Under the pieces are notes generated by a model. That model was not told where the DNA came from, searched no databases, and was given only the letters and a program-made list of their open reading frames with translations. This document shows, one piece after another, positions 58,644 to 64,000 of a stretch of 64,000 nucleotides of DNA. This stretch comes from a virus (Duplodnaviria; Caudoviricetes): IMG/VR virus record IMGVR_UViG_3300037418_002651, positions 5,299 to 69,298 of that record; one strand, written 5' to 3'. The first letter of the stretch is position 1; every line of letters begins with the position of its first letter. A program made the position numbers and the translations under genes.

Positions 58644-59471
58644 TCAGAGGATGACCGTTCCGGCCAAGGCGACGTCCCTGGCCGGTGCATGACCCTTCCT
58701 CAGGTCGTACTCCTGAATGGCCCGCAGGATCCCGTACAGGGACCACAGGAACCACCAGTCGTAGTCCTTGAAGTCCATGTCGGACGGGTCGAAGGTGAAG
58801 GAGTCCTTGCGGGCGATCTCGACCTTGTGGCCGGGCGCGTCCTTACCGTTCGACAGGTGATGGCCGTTGTCCCGGGCCCACCGCTTCGCGTCGTACGCGT
58901 GCTCCTCCCACGCCGACTCACGGCCGCAGGAGCACCGGGCCTTGTGCCAGGGGCCGTACTCGAAGTTGTTCAGGGCCTCCCAGGCGCCCTCCTGGTGGGA
59001 GATGTCGTAGTCGGCGTAGAAGCCGTCCACGGCCGCGTTCCAGGCGTCCGTGAGGCCCGGGTAGGACTCCTCGTACTCCAGGATCATCTGGCCGATGTAC
59101 TTCGTGAAGCCGTCCTGGTCGTACGACTTGGCGCACTCGCGGTTGGAGGTGAGCTTCTCCGCCCAGTACGAGGCGCTGATGTGGAGCGAGCCGTCCTTGT
59201 AGATCCCGGAGCGGAAGAACTCGAACATGTCCTCCACACGGGACCAGGCGAAGGACTCGCCGTCACCCCGGAAGACGAGGTTGTGCGGCCAGGTGATGAT
59301 GTCGTACCAGTACGAGCTGGAGCGGGTCTTGGGCGGCATCATCCGCAGATGCCGGTAGAGGCCGTCGTCGTGGAGGACGGTCAGCTCGTGGTGCTCGGTC
59401 TCGCGGTAGAACCGCTCGGCGATCTGCGGGTGTTCGTAGTCCTTGAGCTTGGACAGGTCGGGGATGACCAT
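58644..59471 (-). CDS. Hypothetical early protein
   Basis: 275 aa; promoter CTGACA-N17-TACAGT at 59529-59501. Confidence 0.6.
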   Translation of the reverse strand: MVIPDLSKLKDYEHPQIAERFYRETEHHELTVLHDDGLYRHLRMMPPKTRSSSYWYDIITWPHNLVFRGDGESFAWSRVEDMFEFFRSGIYKDGSLHISASYWAEKLTSNRECAKSYDQDGFTKYIGQMILEYEESYPGLTDAWNAAVDGFYADYDISHQEGAWEALNNFEYGPWHKARCSCGRESAWEEHAYDAKRWARDNGHHLSNGKDAPGHKVEIARKDSFTFDPSDMDFKDYDWWFLWSLYGILRAIQEYDLRKGHAPARDVALAGTVIL

Positions 59472-59525
59472 CTGACCTCTTCTCTCTGGCGGGATCTGAG
59501 ACTGTACTACAAGGCCCTGACGATG

Positions 59526-59792
59526 TCAGGGCTTCTGGAAGTTGCGGTGGATGCACTCGCCCTCGTCCACGTCGCAGGGCTCGAAGCCCTCCACGTTGTT
59601 CAGGCAGAGGCCGGAGCGGGAGGCGCTGCACTCCCGCCTCCGGATCCTTCTAACGGGCGCTGTGCCGTCCTGGAGGCGCTTGCGGATGTACGCGGCGGCC
59701 TCGGGGCTCGGAGGGGCCATGACGGCCCTGTCGTAGCGTCTGGCGGCCTTCCGGTCCTCGCGGCGCTCCATCCAGCGCCCTATCCAGCTCAT
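59526..59792 (-). CDS. Hypothetical Cys-containing protein
   Basis: 88 aa, coupled to the upstream gene. Confidence 0.45.
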   Translation of the reverse strand: MSWIGRWMERREDRKAARRYDRAVMAPPSPEAAAYIRKRLQDGTAPVRRIRRRECSASRSGLCLNNVEGFEPCDVDEGECIHRNFQKP

Positions 59793-60322
59793 TCGGGCTT
59801 CTCCTTGCGCAGCCTCTCCAGGAGCCGCTCCCGGGTCTCGGGGTCCAGCGGCATGCCGATGGCGGAGTACTCATGCCCCCTCGGCCAGGAGCACCGGCAC
59901 TCAACACAGCCCGCCTCGGGTCCGTGCCTCTCGTCCGCGTGCTCGCACCAGGTGACCGGCCCTCGATTGTCCTGCGCCCAGGCGATCGCGTTGCCCAGGG
60001 CCACCGGACCGCTCTCGGGGCCCTTGCGGACCACCCGGATGCCGGGCGGCGACAGGCGGCCGACCTTGTCCAACTCGCGGACCACCGAGGCGATCATGGC
60101 GTCGTAGAAGGCCCGGAAGGAGCACTCGCCGCCCATCCCGCAGGTCTGGCAGAAGGTCCGGTCCCCGCTCATGGGATGCCCCAGGAGGAGCGCCCAGCCC
60201 TCGTACCAGGTCTCGTACGTGCCGGGGACGACGAAGCCGATGTCCGTCTGGGTGTCGGCTTCGGCAATCGGGAAATTCCTGGGGAGTTCGTCCAGGATCT
60301 CCCAGCGCTGGTCCTCGTTCAT
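59789..60322 (-). CDS. Hypothetical protein with Cys/His motifs
   Basis: 177 aa, ATGA overlap. Confidence 0.5.
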   Translation of the reverse strand: MNEDQRWEILDELPRNFPIAEADTQTDIGFVVPGTYETWYEGWALLLGHPMSGDRTFCQTCGMGGECSFRAFYDAMIASVVRELDKVGRLSPPGIRVVRKGPESGPVALGNAIAWAQDNRGPVTWCEHADERHGPEAGCVECRCSWPRGHEYSAIGMPLDPETRERLLERLRKEKPE

Positions 60323-60780
60323 TCGTCCTCCGGTTCATTGTGGCCGCACCCGCACGTGCAGGCCTTGTCGATGCAGTGGGAATGCAGGCGCCTGAGGCAC
60401 CAGTGCGAGGGGTTGTCCCCCAACCAGGTTGGATTCCCGGCGTGCTGGCCGCAGTTGCCGTCCTGGCAGTTCGAACAGGTGCACCGGCAGTAATTCGGAT
60501 GGGGAGCCGGGCCGGGGCACTCGCCGTCCAGCAGGATCTCCCGCTCGGTGAGGAACCCGAGCTTTATTCCGAGGGCCACCGCGTGCTCGCGGCTGTGGAC
60601 CTGCAAGTCGTTGAAGAGGTAGGCCACATGCGACTGCACGGTGCTCACCCGGATCCCCATGGCCTTGGCCATCTGCCGGTCGGTCTTACCGTTGGCCAGC
60701 CCCACCAGGACGGCCGTGCGCTGCCGGGACAGCCTCTTGCGCCGCATCACGACGAAGGGCTTCTGCCGCTCTCTCACCAT
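60319..60780 (-). CDS. LuxR/GerE-type HTH regulator with Cys/His-rich tail
   Basis: LSRQRTAVLVGLANGKTDRQMAKAMGIRVSTVQSHVAYLFNDLQVHSR. Confidence 0.8.
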   Translation of the reverse strand: MVRERQKPFVVMRRKRLSRQRTAVLVGLANGKTDRQMAKAMGIRVSTVQSHVAYLFNDLQVHSREHAVALGIKLGFLTEREILLDGECPGPAPHPNYCRCTCSNCQDGNCGQHAGNPTWLGDNPSHWCLRRLHSHCIDKACTCGCGHNEPEDE

Positions 60781-60849
60781 TGCGCGTCCTTTCTTAAAAA
60801 GGGACCGGCCCTCACCCGGAGCGGGCGGGGCCGATCGGAGCGGGGTAGG

Positions 60850-61341
60850 TCAGTACCAGCAGTGGGCGACGGACCGGTAGTAGGGCATCTTGTTGACCTT
60901 CGTGCCCTCGGGCCGGTGGGACCACTTGTAGTAGGTCGTGGAGCTGACCTCGTACCACTGGTCATCGTTGTGCTTGTGGCCGCCGACGTTGTCCAGCTCG
61001 ACGCAGTACACCGCGTCCTGGGCGGCCCGCAGGGTCCGGGTGTAGTGCTCGGAGCGGTAGCCGGTCCGGACCTTCTTGCACTCCTGGTAGGTCTTGGTGG
61101 ACGACTTCTTGAGGCCGGAGCCCGCGACCGTCTTGGTCTTGGTCTTGCACTGCTGCGTGTAGACCGGGACCTGGTGGATCGCCGGGACGGTGATGGCCGG
61201 ACGGCTCGGCAAGTAGCGCGTGTCGTCCAGACGGCCGGAGACGGTCGCGGTGCCTCCGCAGGCGGTGAGCAGGAACGCGCCGGTGATGCCGGAGGCGATG
61301 ACGCCGGTCTTGGCGAGGGTGAAGCGGGTCTTGTCGGTCAT
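60850..61341 (-). CDS. Lipoprotein
   Basis: Basic N-terminus, hydrophobic stretch, lipobox LLTA-C. Confidence 0.7.
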   Translation of the reverse strand: MTDKTRFTLAKTGVIASGITGAFLLTACGGTATVSGRLDDTRYLPSRPAITVPAIHQVPVYTQQCKTKTKTVAGSGLKKSSTKTYQECKKVRTGYRSEHYTRTLRAAQDAVYCVELDNVGGHKHNDDQWYEVSSTTYYKWSHRPEGTKVNKMPYYRSVAHCWY

Positions 61342-61405
61342 AAGGCCCTCCCGGGGCTCGGTTTCTGGCGGGACATCAGAAGTCTCTCCAACATTTCTTG
61401 GAGTG

Positions 61406-61879
61406 TCAACCCTGGGGGTCGAACTCCCCCGCCTTCACGGCGTCCACGTACGCCTTCAGGACGTTCGGGTGCAGGCCGGAGCGCAGGATGTCGTGGATCT
61501 CGTTGGGCGTCGCGGAGAAGCGCCGGACGTAGTCCCAGTCGGCGGGCTCATCCATCTCGACCTTGGTCACAACGAGCTTGGTGATCTCGTCCCGGAGGGC
61601 CCACACGTGGGGCTGGTCGAACTCCTCCGCCTGGTCCTCCAGACCACGCAACATGGTCCCGGCCTCCTCCAGGAGGCCCTTCATCTCCCAGACCAGGTCC
61701 AGGAGCGGGCCGACCACGGAGTCCATGACCTCCACGGCCGCCTGGCGGGGCGAGGGGGCCTCGATGCCTGCGCCTGCCGGGTTGGGGTGCACCTTCACCA
61801 TCGGCTGGTCCAGGCCGTCAGTCGTGTACTTCTCCGCCAGGGCCTCCGCCATGGCCTTCAGGACGCTGTCAGGGGTCAT
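61406..61879 (-). CDS. Hypothetical protein
   Basis: ATG 61879 overlaps the upstream TGA. Confidence 0.5.
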   Translation of the reverse strand: MTPDSVLKAMAEALAEKYTTDGLDQPMVKVHPNPAGAGIEAPSPRQAAVEVMDSVVGPLLDLVWEMKGLLEEAGTMLRGLEDQAEEFDQPHVWALRDEITKLVVTKVEMDEPADWDYVRRFSATPNEIHDILRSGLHPNVLKAYVDAVKAGEFDPQG

Positions 61880-62016
61880 CGCGGCACCTTCTCGGAGTAG
61901 GTCTTCAGCCACGGCATGATCACGTTGCACGTGGGCGCCTGGACGGTCTTGTTCCACCAGGGCGCGTGCTCCCGTCCGCAGACACAGCGCCACACGGTCA
62001 TGGTCCAGCCCTTCAT
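61876..62016 (-). CDS. Small Zn-ribbon-like protein
   Basis: MKGWTMTVWRCVCGREH...TCN; ATGA overlaps on both sides. Confidence 0.4.
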   Translation of the reverse strand: MKGWTMTVWRCVCGREHAPWWNKTVQAPTCNVIMPWLKTYSEKVPR

Positions 62017-62546
62017 CGCGGCGTACTCCCCCACGAGAACCGGTGGTCGGCGCCCTCGTGGTGGTCCTCGTCCCGAGAGCAGACGTTGCAGACCCGGGGC
62101 TTGGTGCAACGCCCCTGGGGCTCCTCCTCGCCGTCGAAGGGCTCCGGGATGCCCGGCAGGCCCGCCAGCAGCTCCCGGGCCGTGTTCTGGGCCAGCAGGG
62201 GCCTGAAGCCCTGGCCCTCCAGCATCTCGACCACGCGCTTGACGGCGGTCACGGCCTGCTTCTCCACCACGCGGGAGTCCAGGTACTTCGAGCCCGAGGC
62301 GAAGTGCGCCGGGTGTCCGTAGTCCTTCGTGCAGACCTTGCAGTGGTCGATCCACCGGCGCTGCTCTTCGGAGTACTTCTGCCACCCGTAGGCGAAGTGG
62401 TGCTGAGCACCGTTCATGCGCATGGACTGGATGAGGGCCTTGAGCTGCTCCACCTCGGCCGCGTCCTTGGCCACCAAGCCCCCGCCCTCAGGAACCGCCG
62501 TCGGCTCCTCGTTGGGGTCTTCGCCCCTTTTCTCCAACTCAGTCAT
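62013..62546 (-). CDS. Hypothetical protein with Cys/His motifs
   Basis: ATG 62546. Confidence 0.5.
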   Translation of the reverse strand: MTELEKRGEDPNEEPTAVPEGGGLVAKDAAEVEQLKALIQSMRMNGAQHHFAYGWQKYSEEQRRWIDHCKVCTKDYGHPAHFASGSKYLDSRVVEKQAVTAVKRVVEMLEGQGFRPLLAQNTARELLAGLPGIPEPFDGEEEPQGRCTKPRVCNVCSRDEDHHEGADHRFSWGSTPR

Positions 62547-62952
62547 GATCCATCCCCCACTCTCGATCTTGCTTCTTGTATTCGCTCCAGGTGAGCTGGC
62601 AGCCCGTCTCGGTCCTGACACAGAAGTTCTCATCACCAGTGAAGTCGTGGACGTGGTCCTCGACCGCGCGGACCTCGTCCACCGTGGTCACCTCCACGAT
62701 CGTGCCGTCCGTCCACTGGAGCCCATCCGGGTCCATGTGGGGGCGGTCCGCGTGGCCGGACTCCAGCTCGCAGTACATCCAGCCCTGGCTGCCGTCCTCG
62801 TACGGCAGGGAGGCTCCGCACCGGCGCTTCTTGGGCGAGGGCTTCGGGGCGATGTCCAGAGTGATCTGGACGGCCTGGTCGATCTGCCGCTCGGTAAGAC
62901 CCACGTGGGCCAGGAAGTCCCGGAGCCCCTGCTCCGTGCGCTCACTCGCCAT
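62539..62952 (-). CDS. Hypothetical protein with C..C..GH..H motifs
   Basis: ATG 62952. Confidence 0.5.
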   Translation of the reverse strand: MASERTEQGLRDFLAHVGLTERQIDQAVQITLDIAPKPSPKKRRCGASLPYEDGSQGWMYCELESGHADRPHMDPDGLQWTDGTIVEVTTVDEVRAVEDHVHDFTGDENFCVRTETGCQLTWSEYKKQDREWGMDHD

Positions 62953-63433
62953 GGCGCGGCCCCGGGAAGTCCTTGATCTCCGCAATTTCGTCGCGGATCT
63001 CGACCTGCGGCGTGTAGCCCGGCATGTAGCGGGCCCGGCGGGCGTCCTCGTCCGTCCACGTGTTGCCGGAGCGGCTGCGGTGGACGCCGGTGTGCCCGGT
63101 GGTGAGGTTGCACCAGTGGGGAGGGCAGACAGAGGAGCAGAGCTTGTTGGACTTGCTCACGCGCTTGGGCAGTTCGGGCCGCTCGGCCTCCACGAAGTCG
63201 TCCTCGTTGAAGCCGTCGTCGCGGGTGAGAGCCGCGAGAAGCTCGGGGTCGGCGTGGACCTCGGCCGTGGCCTTCCAGGACGCGAAGAACGGGTCCAGGA
63301 ACTCCACGTACTGGTGCGGGGTCACGGAGATGCCCTTCAGGGGCAGGAACGAGTCCCGCAGCTCCTCGAAGAACTCGCGCTGGGCGTCCTCCGGCAGGTA
63401 CTGGAGCCAGGGGAACGTGGTGCTCTCGGCCAT
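62942..63433 (-). CDS. Orphan antitoxin-like protein (DUF6247-like) with Cys/His tail
   Basis: FPWLQYLPEDAQREFFEEL...SWKATAEVHADPELLAAL; own promoter TTGCTC-N17-TAGCCT. Confidence 0.55.
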   Translation of the reverse strand: MAESTTFPWLQYLPEDAQREFFEELRDSFLPLKGISVTPHQYVEFLDPFFASWKATAEVHADPELLAALTRDDGFNEDDFVEAERPELPKRVSKSNKLCSSVCPPHWCNLTTGHTGVHRSRSGNTWTDEDARRARYMPGYTPQVEIRDEIAEIKDFPGPRHGE

Positions 63434-63566
63434 AGGGCCTCCTCGTGGTTCGGGTCTGACAGGACTTGATGGCATCAAGGCTACTACAGGAATTGTTGGA
63501 GAGCAACGGGATATACGAAGCCCCCTCCGCAGTCGTACACGGAGGGGGCTCATCAGATCGGACGAG

Positions 63567-63737
63567 TCACTCGAACGTGTGCCGGGCCGGGTGCGCGTAC
63601 TGGCCTCCGCACAGACGGCACAGACCGTCCTGGTGGACCCCACGCCGGTGCCCGCACGCCTTGCAGCGCTCCTGGGACGCCGGGGGCTCCTTGCGCCCCC
63701 GGGCCCGCAGAAGGGCCTTGAAGGCCTTGTTCTTCAC
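63567..63737 (-). CDS. Small Zn-finger protein
   Basis: GTG 63737; CKACGH...H...CRLC. Confidence 0.45.
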   Translation of the reverse strand: MKNKAFKALLRARGRKEPPASQERCKACGHRRGVHQDGLCRLCGGQYAHPARHTFE

Positions 63738-63916
63738 TCGGTCGGGATGTCGTCGGCGTTCGGGGTGCAGTCGCTCGCGTGGCCCGTCGTGCCCGCGCAC
63801 TGGGCGCCACCGTCGAAACGAGTCGGGCACTGGGTCACCTGGGCCCGGCAGTACCTGTCGCCGTGGCCCTGCCCCATCTTCCCGTCCGGCCACGTCATGC
63901 CGCAGTCGCACTCCAC
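63734..63916 (-). CDS. Small Cys/His protein
   Basis: 60 aa, GTGA overlap with the next gene. Confidence 0.45.
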   Translation of the reverse strand: MECDCGMTWPDGKMGQGHGDRYCRAQVTQCPTRFDGGAQCAGTTGHASDCTPNADDIPTE

Positions 63917-64000
63917 AGCGGAATCCCGGGATTCCAGGCCCGTTCGCTCACCGAGTTCGCGGGACTTGCGCTCCTTGGCCTTGCGCTTCTCGTCCTCCGT

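Overview
A 64-kb segment of a high-GC (about 70% by eye) actinobacteriophage genome, probably a Streptomyces myovirus-like phage with a contractile tail and head genes reminiscent of Bxz1/cluster C. The host is inferred from DUF397 genes, HrdB-like promoters and GC content. Nearly all genes are on the minus strand: baseplate, tape measure, frameshifted tail chaperone, tube, sheath, neck, major capsid, scaffold, protease, lysis cassette, tail fibres/spikes, portal, large His/Cys-rich polyvalent-type proteins, dcd and small early genes. No terminase is visible in the window. There are three plus-strand insertions. (1) A free-standing HNH endonuclease lies between sheath and tube. (2) A cassette at 19.1-21.2 kb encodes a stand-alone Cas7/RAMP-like protein flanked by three arrays of GGY-NN pentamers, each ending in a hairpin, with a fourth orphan array at 54.2 kb; this is a candidate RNA-guided system. 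(3) A Ro60/TROVE gene is preceded by five tandem Y-RNA-like elements, some with permuted tRNA arms. All product calls come from visual motif recognition; no database searches were run.
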